Source: Octopus vulgaris (taxonomy: Eukaryota). Taken from it: a stretch of DNA of 64,000 bases. This document shows, piece by piece, positions 38,742 through 53,555 of the stretch. The DNA lies in assembly GCA_951406725.2 (NCBI GenBank), contig OX597817.1:164920001-164984000 (forward strand), in the 5' to 3' direction. Under the pieces are notes generated by a model. The model was not told the DNA's origin. It saw nothing but the letters and a program-made list of their open reading frames with translations, and made no database searches. Every line of letters starts with the position of its first letter. Position 1 is the first letter of the stretch. The position numbers and the translations under genes were made by a program.

Positions 38742-40799
38742 TTGTGTGTCTGTGTTTGTCTCCCTAGCATTGCTTGACAACCGATGCTGGTGTGGTTCTG
38801 TCCCCGTTACTTAGCGGTTCGGCAAAAAGAGACCGATAGAATAAGTACTGGGCTTACAAGAAAAGAATAAGTCCCGGCGTCGAGTTGCTCAACTAAAGGC
38901 GGTGCTCCAGCATGACCGCAGTCAAATGACTGAAACGAGTAAAAGAGTAAGAGTAATATTACTGAGCTTATAATGGACAATAAAATTCTTAACTGTTTTC
39001 TACGCCAACATTGGTTTATGATTTCATAACGTCTCAGTCGAGCTGAAATATTTATCAATTTCCTAATGAAACAAATTGTATTCATTCATTTAGATCAACC
39101 CCTGTATTTTTGTTAACAACGACGGTTTATTTTATCGATTTCGGTCATAAAATAAAGTAGGTAAGGGCGGGATTTGAACTCAAAGCGTAAAAAGGATGTC
39201 ATCAAATACCACAGGGTATTTTCTTCTACATAACACGCTTACTTCATTCAATTCGCTTAAAAGTAAAGTAGACCTGGAGAATATATAACTCAAAAACGTA
39301 AATGGTCATAATTAATTTTCAAAGGGAATTTTATTTGGCGCTCTATCAGTTCTACTATACAACCGCGTAGCAATTTAGCAATTTTGTTATAATTCATTTA
39401 TGCACGAAATAAAAAGAGAAAAAATGTACCTGGTTAAATTACCAGCTTATCTTTTCTGTTTATTTTTTCGTTTAGTCACTGTATGACTTATACAAGAGTA
39501 AATTTTAGCACAGAACGAACCTTGCATCCGATCTTATTTCAAGTTCTGATCAATATGTCGCTTATGTTTTTTCAAAATTGCAGTGGAATCAAGGCATCTC
39601 ATTTAGCTTTCCCCTCTAAATCTGAAGCCTCAAATACTGTAAGACATATAAACATTTGTTGTAAATCTTATTTCCAGATGATGTTAATTATTCAGTCACT
39701 ACAAGAAACATTGCTGGAGGTTATTTAAATGTAACAAGGGAGAATGGAAACTAAAGTTTTTCTCTCTGAACTGTAAATATTTTACGTGCCATTAAAGCGA
39801 TTTATACTGAACTAATAAAATTACGTAAATAAATAGATATACAAAGAAGAAAAACCGTCAACTATCCCAGATTACGAAACCCCATTATTGAATCGGTAAA
39901 GTCTGAGCATGCGCGTATTGAATTGATGCTTACAAGTACACGAGTTGCCTTGAAATGATTTTCATGTATATTGATGTTAAAATGAAATTTAGAAAACATA
40001 TCAAACAAGATAACATTAAAAAAATCAAAACTAAAATAAGTATAAACAAAACCAGTCGATATAATTAGGTGTGGTTGTCATTAAAGTGCAACCGATAGCT
40101 TGTCTATAAATCAGATCCGTTTATGTCTAGAGAAAGTTTGACTATTATTGAAAAAGTGGGGTTGTTGTCTAGAAAATTCTACAACAAGCTGTTGCCAGTT
40201 TTACACTCTGCTGACAGCAGTTCAGTTTGTCAAGATTAGTTGCAAGTTGATTCTGAAACCGGGAGAAAAATAAATAAAGATTTGTTTGTGGAAAAATAAA
40301 AGCTGATACAATTATTTTCTTTCTTTCGTTGTTTTTTCTCTTTTAGACTGAAAAGCATTTTATTTTATTGCATTTCTTTCTGTCAAGGTATCAGATTGTA
40401 TAACGGTTAAAATATCGCACTTTGTAAATGTGATTTTTTTTTTGTAGGATTTTCTTGTTGTTTTGTTTCATCATGATTTACTTTCTGTTGTAAAATGAAA
40501 ACATTTTGGAGGAGAGAATAAAACAGTAACTACTCAACAACAAAATTTTAGAAGTTTCACCCACGCTGCAGCTAAGGTCGAACACATTCCTAAACATTAA
40601 ATCCCCACAAACTAGCACGAAAATATTATCAAGTACAAGTGTAGGCAACCGATAGTCTGAAAGCCAGTTCCGACTTGCGAAGGGATTTTGAGCAGGCTAC
40701 GTGCAAAATATTAACTTCAAATTGTTGACACAAGGCCAGCAATTTCGGTCGTGGAGGATAAGCCGATTACTCGGCCATTGTGTTTAAGTAGTACTTATT

Positions 40800-41600
40800 T
40801 AAAAAACCTGATAGTAACAGAGTATCTAACTTCTCTTCCCCCAAAGAAAATTTTGAGAAACCAGCCCTCTACTACAACAAAGCCAGAGCCAATAGAGGCT
40901 TTAAAGATGAATTAATATATAACCCTCTAATAATAACAGGAATAATAAAAATAAACCTAAAAATAGACTTAAGAGAATAATTTGGTTCGCACCCCGTTCC
41001 CTTACTGTTAAAGCTAACATAGGTAAAAGATTCATGTTTCTCTTATGCAAACATTTTCCAGAAAACCACAGGTGTAGAAAAATATATAACAGGTACTCAG
41101 TTAAATTATCGTATAGCTACTGCTCCAATATGCAAAGCATCATTACATGCAAACACCTCCAAGAGCCTACACCCAGTTGTAACTGTCGAAACGCGGGAAC
41201 TTGTCCACTCGACCAGGAATGCCGTCATATATGAGGCAGAAGTTACAGCAACACTAGATGATATAACCAAAAAGAAGAGCTACATCGGGCTATGTGAAGG
41301 TGACTTCAAATATAACCATTCCAACCATATATCTTCCTTCCGACACAAAGACAAAAGTAAAGTCACTTGGTTGGCTAGCCACGTATGGGGTTTGAAGTCT
41401 AACGTCACACCACATGCAATAAAGTGGAAAATAGTTGAAAAGTTCACACCATGTTCCAACGGATAAAAAAATGTAAGCTATACGGAGTTGAAAGAACACA
41501 GATCCTTTTCAGATCTAAGAAATCTGCCACACTGTTGGATTCCAGTTCTGAAATTTTCAGCGGTTACAAACATATAGATAAGTTATTGTTGGCAAATTGG
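40800..41600 (+). mobile_element. Penelope-like element fragment (RT end and GIY-YIG endonuclease), degenerate
   Basis: IIWF.P...NIGKRF..L..KHFP..H...KIYNR..VKLSYS, CNCR....CPL...C, VIYEAEV...SYIGLCE..FK and IKWKIV. Confidence 0.8.
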
Positions 41601-41699
41601 AAAGTACCAACCTCTCCAATTTGAGTAGCTGTAGTACAGATTCTAGGCCACTATTCTTTCAGCATTATGACTTTACGGTCAAAGGGGACATAACTCTAA

Positions 41700-42470
41700 T
41701 GCAAAAATACTTGAGAAGTAGGTGCCGCACGAATTGAATTACAACCAAAAAAAAAAAATAATAAATAAGAAGAAAAAACGCCGTTTTGAAGTGTCATCTT
41801 CCCTTCTTTTACGCAACAAGAACTACCCGTTTCTTGACCAGATTGTGACTTGCGATAAAAAGTGGATTCTTTACGACAACCGGCGACGCTCAGCTCAGTG
41901 GTTGGATGCCGACAAAGCTCCACGGCACTTCCCGAAGCCAACGTTGCACCAAAAAAATGTCATGGTGACTGTTTGGCGGTCTGTGGCCGGTCCCAGCCAT
42001 CACAGCTTTTTAGATCCAGGCGAAACCATTGCGGCGAAGTACTTCAGCGAATGGATGAAATGCATAAGAAACTCTGACAACAGCCAGCATTGGTCAATAG
42101 AAAATGACCAATTCTTCTCCACGACAACGCTCGGCCGCACATCGCGCTACTGACTCTGCAGAAATTGAACGAATTGGGCTACGAAACTCTGCCTCATCCG
42201 CCATACTCACCAGACCTCTCGCCTATCGACTACCACTTTTTCAAGCATCTCGACAACTTCGTGCGTGAGAAATGCTTCAAAAACCAAGACGATGCCAAAC
42301 ACGCCTTCAACGACTCCATCGCCACCAGAATACAGGATTTTTATGCTACTGGTATAAATAAACTTTATTTGGCAAAAGTGTGTTGATTCTGTTGGTGTTT
42401 ATTTCGATTGATAAAGTTTTGTTTGAGCCGGCATATATGCATCTGAATTTAAAGGTTAAAAACCGCAAGA
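41700..42470 (+). mobile_element. mariner transposase fragment
   Basis: VPHEL, FLDQIVTCDKKWILYDN, HDNARPH and HPPYSPDLSPIDYHFF motifs; frameshifted. Confidence 0.92.
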
Positions 42471-43688
42471 ATCTAATAATCTTTTTTTTTTTTTTTTACA
42501 TTGTTGGGATTAGAAGTTTAAATTTGAAATTATTGTATCTATAAGAGATCATTTGATCCATTTTGTTCCATTTTTTATTTAACGTGATATACATAGACCA
42601 TCACAGAATAATTGTTAACGAATATTATTGTGTGTGTGCTTGTGTGGTTTTTCAAATCTGTATAATGGAAGGATAGACAGTAAACATACATAGGATATTC
42701 GAGACTAATCCTCCCATTAAAAAAATAATAATATATACGCGACGATGTGATACACCATCAGGTTCGGTGATCTAAAGGCATTTAAAGGCTACAGTTCTAC
42801 CAGATAGATATATCATGCAGGAGGCGCAATGGCCCAGTGGTTAGGGCAGCGGACTCGCGGTTTCGATTCCCAGACCGAGCATTGTGAGTGTTTATTGAGC
42901 GAAAACACCTAAAGCTCCACGAAGCTCCGGCAGGGGGTGGTGGTGAACCCAGCTGTACTCTTTCACCACAACTTTCTCTCGCACTTTCTTCCTGTTTCTC
43001 TTGTACCTGTATTTCAAAGGGCCAGCCTTGTCACATTCTGTGTGTCACGCTGAATCTCCTTGAGAACTACGTTAAGGGTACACGTGTCTGTGGAGTGCTC
43101 AGCCACTTGCACGTTAATATCACGAGCAAGCTGTTCCGTTGATCGTATCAGCTGGCACCCTCATAATCGCAACCGGCAGAGTGCTCCTATATATCATGCA
43201 ATCTCCTAACATCTCTTGCAATAACAGCATGCCAGACATATGAATATCTGGTACAGATGCACTAGATATTTGCACGCACAATAATACTCGAGTTTAGAAA
43301 TAAAAGGTGAAGAAAAATTATGCACGCAAGCATGACTGTTTCAGAAGCTTACCTCTCAATTACGTGGCTTTGCCTTCACTTCCATAGTACTGCAACTTGG
43401 GCAACTGTATTTTACTATATCTTCTCTCCGACCAAAGGCTTGTGAGTCAATTTGGTTGACGAAAACTGTGCGGAAGCCCGTCGTCATATATATATATATA
43501 TATATATAATATATGGCGATCCCTGCTGTACTCTTTCGCCGCAACTTTCTCTCACTCTTTCCTCTGTTGGCCTGCTCGCTTAGCCAGCGGGGTGGCGTCA
43601 TTTGCAGGCTAAAACAATGCGAAACGCATTGTGACCAGCGATGTGTAGCAATATCTGATAGCCTGGTCAGTCATGTGATCACGTGACA

Positions 43689-43747
<59 letters not shown>

Positions 43748-45608
43748 TGTGTCTGTGTATAACCACCTCACCACTTGACAGTCAGTGTTGGTTGGTTTGA
43801 TCCTCCGTAGCTTAGCGGTTCGTCAAAAAGAAACCTGTGGGATAAGTACCAAAATATGTACTGTGGTCGATTTGTTTGATTAATACTCACCGAGACGGTG
43901 CTGTAGTATGGCTGTCGTCCAATGAGTGAAACAAGTAGCAAATAAGATGTCAATGAACGGGAAATAGAATAATGTAGATGTCGAGCTTGAAATTTTCAAG
44001 GTATTTCGCGGCTCAAGAGGACGTTTTAATCGAGAAAATTTTGTTATGTCAGAGGGTTTTATGAAACCAGCCATAGTACAAAGATTAACAAGTTTACTGA
44101 GCAGGCAAAAATACAACCTTAAATGAAGTCGAGCGAATGATTACTTGTTTTGGAAAACTAACGTCAAATTTTTGTCAGAAAAACCAGTGGAAATTAAGGA
44201 AACATTTATGTTAGCCAATAGATTCAGGACGTGTTGCCGAATGATGAAGCCTTTTTTCTGATCAGTATTATGTTATTGGCAGTGAAAGATATTGTTGATT
44301 CTGATTAGAAATTTTTATTTGTATCAAACAGTTTGTCTACAAGAACGACCATTCAGTGAATTGAAGAAATATCGGTAAATGTATAAAATTGTTTAAGGTT
44401 TTTCTGCAAGGATTTTGCAACTTTCTCGGTAGGAACATAAAATATACTGTACAAACTACAGTTGCTTTTCAAGAGTTTATCTAATTACATTCTATGCAGG
44501 ATAGGGTCTTTCCTCGTTTTCTTCATCTCTTTCAAATGGTTCATTGTTGTAAATTTGGTTTCAGCCAGATAGCATATAATCGTTTCACATACATTTCGAA
44601 ACAATAAATGCACGAAAACGTGGGCGCGCACACACAAACATAAACACACCTAAAACACGCGCGCACACACACACACGCACACACACACACACACGCGCAC
44701 ACAGGCACGCACACACAGATGCATAGACATTTGCAAAGGTATGTTTGCGTGTGTGTGTATTAATATACGCAGCATTATATATATATATGATCTATACTAT
44801 CTATGTTTGTATAGACACACACACACATATATATATATATTTATATTTTTAATTGTTTGTGCATTTATAAACGTGTATATGTATATATATATATGTGTGT
44901 GTGCGTGTATTTATTATAACGTATATAATATATATAATATAATATATACGAATATATGTGTAATACTATGTATAATATATGTGTGTATGTGTGTATATAT
45001 GTATATATATGTAAATATATATATGTAAATATGTATATATTTTTATGTGCACATGTATATGAATGTGAGTGTATATATACTTGTGTATATATGTCTATGT
45101 TTGTGTATGTATATGTCTGTATGTGTATACATACAAATTCATGAGCGATTGCATGTACTTATACACAGGTAAACAGATAAACTGATAAACCATGAAATAA
45201 ACAAATAGTCACCACCATGAATATGTTATATTTACGCCACAAGTCACATGACCTCACACTTTAGATCTCTTCCGTAAATTGCAATTTTTCTTGTAATAAT
45301 AAACTTTATTTTAAAATGTTCCACATTTTGAATTTCGAATCTGATTCTCCTCTTGAAGTTGCTAGCTTAATGTATAAGAACAAAATATATGGAGGTCATA
45401 TATAAAAGACAAAATGCAATCATTTTAATTATCAATTATTTATTAATTATATTATTTAGCTTAAAGTTCATTTGAAATAAACATATTGCTTGACATGGTC
45501 ATTTCCTTTCTGAAAACCAATTATGACGTCAAGTCAACTCGTATGGGGAAATATATTTAATCCACAAACAACGAACGTAGAAACATACAAACATACAAAC
45601 TTGGCACA

Positions 45609-46538
<930 letters not shown>

Positions 46539-48213
46539 TTATTGTTAAATTCTTTTATTTTTGTTGAGAAAGAAACAAAACGTTTAGATCTTTTTATTTA
46601 TTTAAAATAATATGTTACAAATTTATTCTTAATCTTTACAAATGATGTAGAGTTTGAAAATGTGTAAGGGGAGAGAAATAGGGAATTTTATAACGGGTAT
46701 GACATTTCAAATATCATTAACAATATAATTATAAAATGAACAGTTTAAAACTGCGAACCACAACCGGTTTGTTTAAACACAGTTTCAGGAGATCTTGGTA
46801 CTACGCTACGAGAATCGTCATAAACGTGATTAAAAAAAATTTTTCATATATGATGCCTAAATCGTTTGGTGGGTTGGGGCTCTACTAAGGGTAAGTTAAC
46901 CAGTTATTTCTTTTACAATTATCTTCCTGCCTACGTCTTACCATGAAGCGCCAACCCCCAACAACCTTAATCATATAGTTGTCCATATCCTCCCATAAAG
47001 AGGTCTAGCAAAAAAAAATGCTATGGGTATGGATTACCGTTGAATCGTCTCCTTGTCCATTTAGGGGCTTCCAAAGATTTGGTTTTTATTCGACATTCAA
47101 GAACAAGTCAAACTGCTGAGAACCTATACTTCTCGGAATCGTACCCTTGGTCGAATTCAATTTCCACCTTGCAAGGAAACGAAGTTGTTACGAATGAAAC
47201 ATTTCCCTCATTGCTATAAGTAGTGTGCAACACATTTCAATGACTACTGTTCACACTGCAGACGAAATGGTAAGCAACATCTGTTATATAGCTAGATTGA
47301 CTGGGAGAAGGAAGAATAGATGCTGGATATCTTCATCATAGATCAAGTATTGCAGTGTTGATTTAATGAGGGAAGCAGTGACTTCACAAGTGAATTGAAG
47401 CTTGGTATTCCAACTAGAAACGGGACTCATTCATCACCTCGGTTCGTTTCCATATTACTTTCTGTTTTACGTGAGGATAAAAAAATTACGGTTTTATATT
47501 CTTTCAGTTAGAAAAAAAAGGCACTGCATATGAGGAGAAAAGTGAATGGTAAACTGTAGACTTATGAGTGGATTTGAGTTAAAAATCAAGAATAACCGCT
47601 TCAATTGGGAAGCGAAACTGCTTCACCAAATTAGTTGGTGGATATATTACCTCTTGGTCTCTTCACCACATTGGTGTATGTGCGTAATTAAATATGTTAT
47701 ATTTCTTCAGGCTAAGAGAATTGGAAAGAAATGGACAGGATAGCATTCTTGGAATTGTCACAGGAATTATACAGGAATTAAAAATGTGTTCCTCAACAAA
47801 ATTAGAACCAGGGACCACAGACTAGAGTAACAAAGAAATTATCGTCATACCCACGGTGACCCGCACAGCAAAATGAAATAAAGAGAATTATAATTCTCGT
47901 CGGATATCAAAATATGTAATTCTGACCAAAAAAAAAAAAAGAAAATATATTATAAGAACTCTTTTTTTTTTTCGTTTTTCACTTCTTTCAAAATCTTATA
48001 AATCAATAAAAATTTAAAACAAAAAAATAATAATTGAAAAATTAACAAAACAAAAAGAAAATCCTCAATAGAAGAAAAAAAATAATGTCCAGAAAACAAA
48101 AAGCCTATGTGAATTAAATGTTGCCGTTTGCAAGCATTTGATTTCATTTTTTCAAGTATTGTGCCATGGATGGTTTGGGATTTAGTTTAAAACATGGCGT
48201 TTATTTTGAATGG

Positions 48214-48652
48214 TTACTGTCTTGGAGAATCTTTTTTGTCTTCTTGGTAAATTCTGATGTTCATTGATTTTAGCTGCATCATATCAAATGGTTGTAATAA
48301 TGTAGCATTAGAATGACGGGATATATCATGCAGTCCACCTGATGAAGTCCCTACCGCTGCATTGTCGCTGTGCACAGGTATAGCCCTTGGTGGAGCCGGG
48401 TTATAAATCAAAGAATCAAGCATTATGTGCTGTGGTTGCTGCTGCTGTTGCTGTTGTTGCTGCTGTTGATGATGCTGTTGTTGTTGCTGCTGGTGATGCT
48501 GATGGTGGTGTTGTTGTTGTTGTTGTTGCGGTGGTTGTTGTTGCTGCTGATGATGTTGCTGTTGTTGGCGCTGTGGATGGTTCGAACTAAGAGTATGGTG
48601 CTGTCCTTGATGCTGCTGCTGCTGTTGTTGCCGCTGTTGTTCCTGCGGGGAG

Positions 48653-48699
<47 letters not shown>

Positions 48700-48956
48700 A
48701 TGTTGTTGCTGTGCTGATGATAATGGAGACTGTTGATGGCGCTGGGGTGATAACAGCGGGTAAACGAACTCCTGAGTACCTCGCAGACTTTGAATCGTAC
48801 TGTTATTACTGATTAAATTAGCAGAGTTGGTTGGTGATTGGTGTATGAAGGAATGATGCATGGGGGAACTATTTTGGTGGTTCCCCTGTAAGGCTGCTAG
48901 CACAGTCGGGTTCTGAACGGAGCATCTCGAAATACTACTGGTTGAGGTCTTAGATT
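48214..48956 (-). CDS. GATA456: GATA factor last coding exon with long polyQ/H tract
   Basis: tttccAG|(E)SKTSTSSISRCSVQNPTVLAALQG... is in phase 1 with the previous exon and open to TAA at 48214; it includes ORF 48214..48903. Confidence 0.88.
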
Positions 48957-49923
48957 CTGGAAAATAAATAAATAAAACGTTGTATAAAGAGGAGATACGA
49001 GGATAGAATTAAAAGGGGTTCTTTTCTATTTCTTTACTACCCACAAGGAGCTAAACACAGAAGGGACAAACAAGAACAGACAAACGGATTAAGTCGATTA
49101 TATCGACCCCAGTGCGTAACTGGTACTTAATTTATCGACCCCGAAAGGATGAAAGGCAAAGTCGACCTCGGCGGAATTTGAACTCAGAACGTAACGGCAG
49201 ACGAAATACGGCTACGCATTTCGCCCGGCGTGCTAACGTTTCTGCCAGTGTTGGACCCTCTGATAAAGTGTTTAGCTTCTGAATGAAGGTTCGAAAATTT
49301 GTATCTGCATTCTGATACTGCTTTATGTTATCGCTATGTTTGTTAATCGCAATAACCAGAATTCAGTGTAATTATCATGTTTCATTATCCTGGCATTGAT
49401 GACCAGAGATTCTCTAATGTTTGGAGAAAATAACTGAAAGATCATTCCACTGTATCTCCATTTTAATCATTATGTAAAAGTAGGATTTCTATGACGTCTC
49501 AAATACGGAGTGCTTCCGTAATATACGACTATCCTCGTTTATCACGGGTTTATGGTTTATGGTTCGTCATAAATCTGTCTACATCGCTAATAGAATCATT
49601 TTCCAAACGTAGTACATTAAATAAGCCATAAAAGTCGATTGTAAAAGATTGAGAAAGAGAACTAAATGAAATTATTCAAAGTAACAGAGTTTAGGCTAGA
49701 AATTATACTAGAAAATTTTTATAAAATCTTACATAATCAAGGCCTTACGCGTGAAATATACAATTTATAAAGGGCGATATGCAGCCCAAATAGCGCAGGT
49801 TGGCCATGCCTTTTGTCACATACATTTAATAAATACACACGCACATATGCATCCACGCGCGCACACACACACACACACGCACACACACAGTCACACAATA
49901 TCATATTGTTAGTGAAATCTTAC

Positions 49924-50050
49924 CGAATGATGATGTACTGCTGGTATCGTTAAGCATGTCTTTGCTTGAGGAGCGAACTTTGCTGTTCTTTTTCTCTTTC
50001 CGCTTTCTAGTTTGAATGCCTTCTTTCTTCATAGACATCGGACGATTCAC
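49924..50050 (-). CDS. GATA456: GATA factor basic-region exon
   Basis: ttcAG|VNRPMSMKKEGIQTRKRKEKKNSK...TSSF|GTAAG. TRKRK, rather than the TRNRK of GATA1/2/3, together with GLSC and AEG in the finger, points to the GATA4/5/6 class. Confidence 0.95.
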
Positions 50051-52169
50051 CTGAATTAACAAGAGAAGAATCACTTATGTACAAAAAAAACCCCAATAAA
50101 CAAAACAAAACAAAAAACAAAGAATATTTCTACAATGATATAATTGATGGTTTAAAATTTCTTCTAACTTCATTGATAAACCTTAGTTCATATAGTTCAT
50201 GCACGTTCATCATGCATTGTATTAATGGTGACATCATGCTTTAATAACATTTAGGATATTGTAAGTCTTTTTATATTGGAAAAATGTCCTTCGAAGACTG
50301 AGAAGTTTATCTGGTTATTGATAGCCTGTGTCTCTGAAGTAGACGTTTGCATCAGGTGATAAACTGTATTTGAAAAAGAAGATAAAAATAAAATAAATGC
50401 GCCCTTTTAAAGCCTAGCCCGGTTTCCCGGTTTCTATGGCGTATGTGTTCCCCTGTTAGACGGGACGCCAGTCCATCGCAGCGTTACTCATTTTTGCCAG
50501 CTGAGTGGACTGGAGCAACGTGAAATGAAGTGTTTTGCTCAAGAACACAACGCGTCGTCAGGTCCAGGAATCGAAGCCACAAACTTACGATCATGATGCT
50601 GACACCCTAACCACTAAGCCACGCACCTCCACGAAAAAGAAGATACGAAATCAATTTGTAAAATTAGATTTCATTATTCTATCTCTACGGGCACAATCTC
50701 TTTATTTCATTCCAACCAAGATCAATATTAGTAGTCTCGTGCCAAAGAATGAAGTCCACCGAGGGAACGATAGAAATACTATAAAGTGGATGAGAAAGCC
50801 AAATCATTATGTAAAATTACACGCAATTGCTGAAATATTTAATACTTATATCTTTTTCTCTCGACAACAAAACAACAAAAGCTATAAATCCTTTTGTTAT
50901 CTTATTTATGTTGAAATATGCAACCGTTATTTGAAATAATGAAATAATGAAGAACGTATATAAACAGAAGATACAAATATTACAGGCATTCCCCCCACAC
51001 ACATACACACTAACTAAACATAGACGCACATAGAGATATACGCATGCGCAAATGAAGACACATACAATAGAAATACAAAATGGCTGACGGTTAGTAAGGT
51101 GAGACACAAATAAGAAAGAAGAAAGCAAAGGACCACTGATGCGGTCACAGGAGTGTGACGAAAGAACTCTGGCCGAAATAAGATTAAGATTAATGTAAAA
51201 AATAAATAACACTGAAGCAAAGTAACACCAAATATATAGTGCGTGTGTTTTTATTGGCTAAACTGGCAAAATGACCATTCCGAAATGCAATAATGAAGAA
51301 TTTATTAAAACAAAGAAAATTTCGATGGTAGGCTCTAATTTAAATCATTTTAAAACACGAAGTTTGTATCACAGAACCAGAAACAATTTTGGGTGGATTG
51401 GTATCAAAAAGGTCAAAAGCCAATTCCCTTCATCCACGAATATATGTCATATTGTTAGTGGAGCCTTACCAAATGATGATGCATTGCTGGTATAGATTTT
51501 AAACACTTTCTATAAATACAAATTATTTTTAGTTTGTTACATGCAGCATCACTACAGAAGGTTAGGCCTCCAACCAGGTTTTTTCAGCACCACCTCGTAT
51601 ATATACATACAAGAAACTCCCCCCCCCGTCCAATGGACAGTGCTGAGTTGTCAAACATTTAAACCAAATTTTCTCAAAACAACTTGTCCGACCGTCCCAT
51701 AGGCCTTCCCTTTGAGAAACACTGATTTAACCTAAATTTAAGACACCAGCAAAAGAAGAAATAAAGATAGACTTTTTTTTCTATTTCAAAGAAAAAAGAT
51801 TTTATTCACACAGATATGCAACCGAAGAGTTTAAAGTACCAGTAATGATAAGGCTGTTGACTGGGAGAACACAAACATGGTTTGAACAGTAAGCTTGGTA
51901 GCAAAGAAACGTGCCTTTAAGCAGTACAAAAACAACAAAAAATCGAAGGTGCAGTTATGTATAGGTTGACAGAAGAAAAGCAGGACAAAAACGGCTTTAT
52001 CGTTCGCATTCTCACCTGGAATCGATTTTTGTAATTTTTTTCAAGACTTATACACGCCCTGATACCGTCAGTATCTACACATCAAATTTGAATGCAATCG
52101 GATGGAGGACGCCCGAGATCCTAGAAGACACACACACAGACAGACAGAACGGATTTTATATAAACATAC

Positions 52170-52292
52170 CTGGTGCAATTTATAGTATAGACCACATGCA
52201 TTACAGACTGGGTCTCCTTCTGCATTTCTACGCCAAAGTGTAGTAGTTCTTGTCTGACAGTTGGCACAGGAAAGACCATTTCTTCGTTGGTT
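52170..52292 (-). CDS. GATA456: GATA transcription factor, C-terminal zinc-finger exon
   Basis: ttttAG|[41 protein letters not shown]|GTATG; C-x2-C-x17-C-x2-C finger; 123 nt, phase 0/0; absent from the ORF track. Confidence 0.97.
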
Positions 52293-52495
52293 CTAAAATC
52301 AAAAGAGATTTAAAAGAGAAATGAGATTTTGATAACTGATAAAATTGTATTCGGTTTAATTTGCTAACGATTTTAAGTGGAAGAAATTTCATCATAGACG
52401 ATTTTTTACAAATAATATTATCTTTTCGTAAATAATATCACAAGTCCTATTTTAATACAAAATGTATAACCTGACAAACGACATTTAGCAAGACA

Positions 52496-52878
52496 CTAGC
52501 AGTATCGCCCGGCGTTGCTCAGGTTTGTAAGGGAAATAACTATAAAGCATTTTTAGAGAGTTATAGCCAAAAAATAGCAAAAAAATGGAAAAAAAATGAT
52601 GGTAAATTTTTTTTGAGGGATAAAAAGGTGGAGTTGCGTCCCCTAGATGGTCTGTGGTTTGGGTTTCAGATTCTCGACCCCATGTCGAATTTATCGATCT
52701 TTTTCAGAACTGGGGGAACTTTTCAAAATTTTCGCTGCGTTAGTTTTGAATTATGACATTGGGCTATGTGTGTGTCAAGTTTCATCAGAATCGGTTGAAA
52801 GCCGTGGTCAGGGTGAGGGTACGAGAAAACAGACACACAGAAAACGCACAGACAAACTGCCGTTTATATAGAGAGAGA
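52496..52878 (-). mobile_element. Non-autonomous Helitron (383 bp)
   Basis: On the minus strand: A|TC...cctgagcaacgccgggcgatactgCTAG|T, with no TSD; closely similar to 59563-59944. Confidence 0.85.
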
Positions 52879-53474
52879 TTACAAAAGCTAGACAGAACTC
52901 AGGAAATTGCTGAATAATGACTAATTTGAAGAGGTCGAGATTTTCTTTAGTTACGATTGGCATCAGTCATTTTCTAACTCTCAACCAGTGTGACACACAT
53001 ATGGGGAAGAATATACGTGCGTACACGCGTCAATCTATCTGTCTGTCTGTCAGTGAGTGTGTCCGTGCGCATGCGTTTTTGTTTGTGTCTGCATCGGTGC
53101 TTGTGACTATGTTTGTATCGAAATACCGACTGTAAGAAAGATATATATTTACTCATGTGTGTGTGTGTGTGTGTGTGTATCACCACCCGAGGGCTGTTGT
53201 CTATATATGCTCAAGCACTCAACTATGAGTCTACTGCATCTTATATATTTCTTTACTGCCCACAAGGGGCTAAACATAGAGGGGACAAACAAGGAAAGGA
53301 TGAAAGGATGAAAGGCAAGGTCGACCTCGGCGGAATTTGAACTCAGAACGTAACGACAGACGAAGTACCGCTAAGCATTTCGCCCAGCGTGCTAACGTTT
53401 CTGCCAGCTCACAGAAACAGCTGTAAGCTAATGAAGTTCATAATATAATCGTTTATTCGTTTGTCATCATATTT

Positions 53475-53555
<81 letters not shown>

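Noticed and set aside
39890-40400. Possible promoter or first exon of a third gene
   Set aside because: Only isolated motifs (gcatgcgc, tataaa, ag|gtat) with no ORF or linked exons.
48370-48717. Plus-strand poly-Leu/Val ORFs
   Set aside because: They are the antisense shadow of the GATA polyQ tract.
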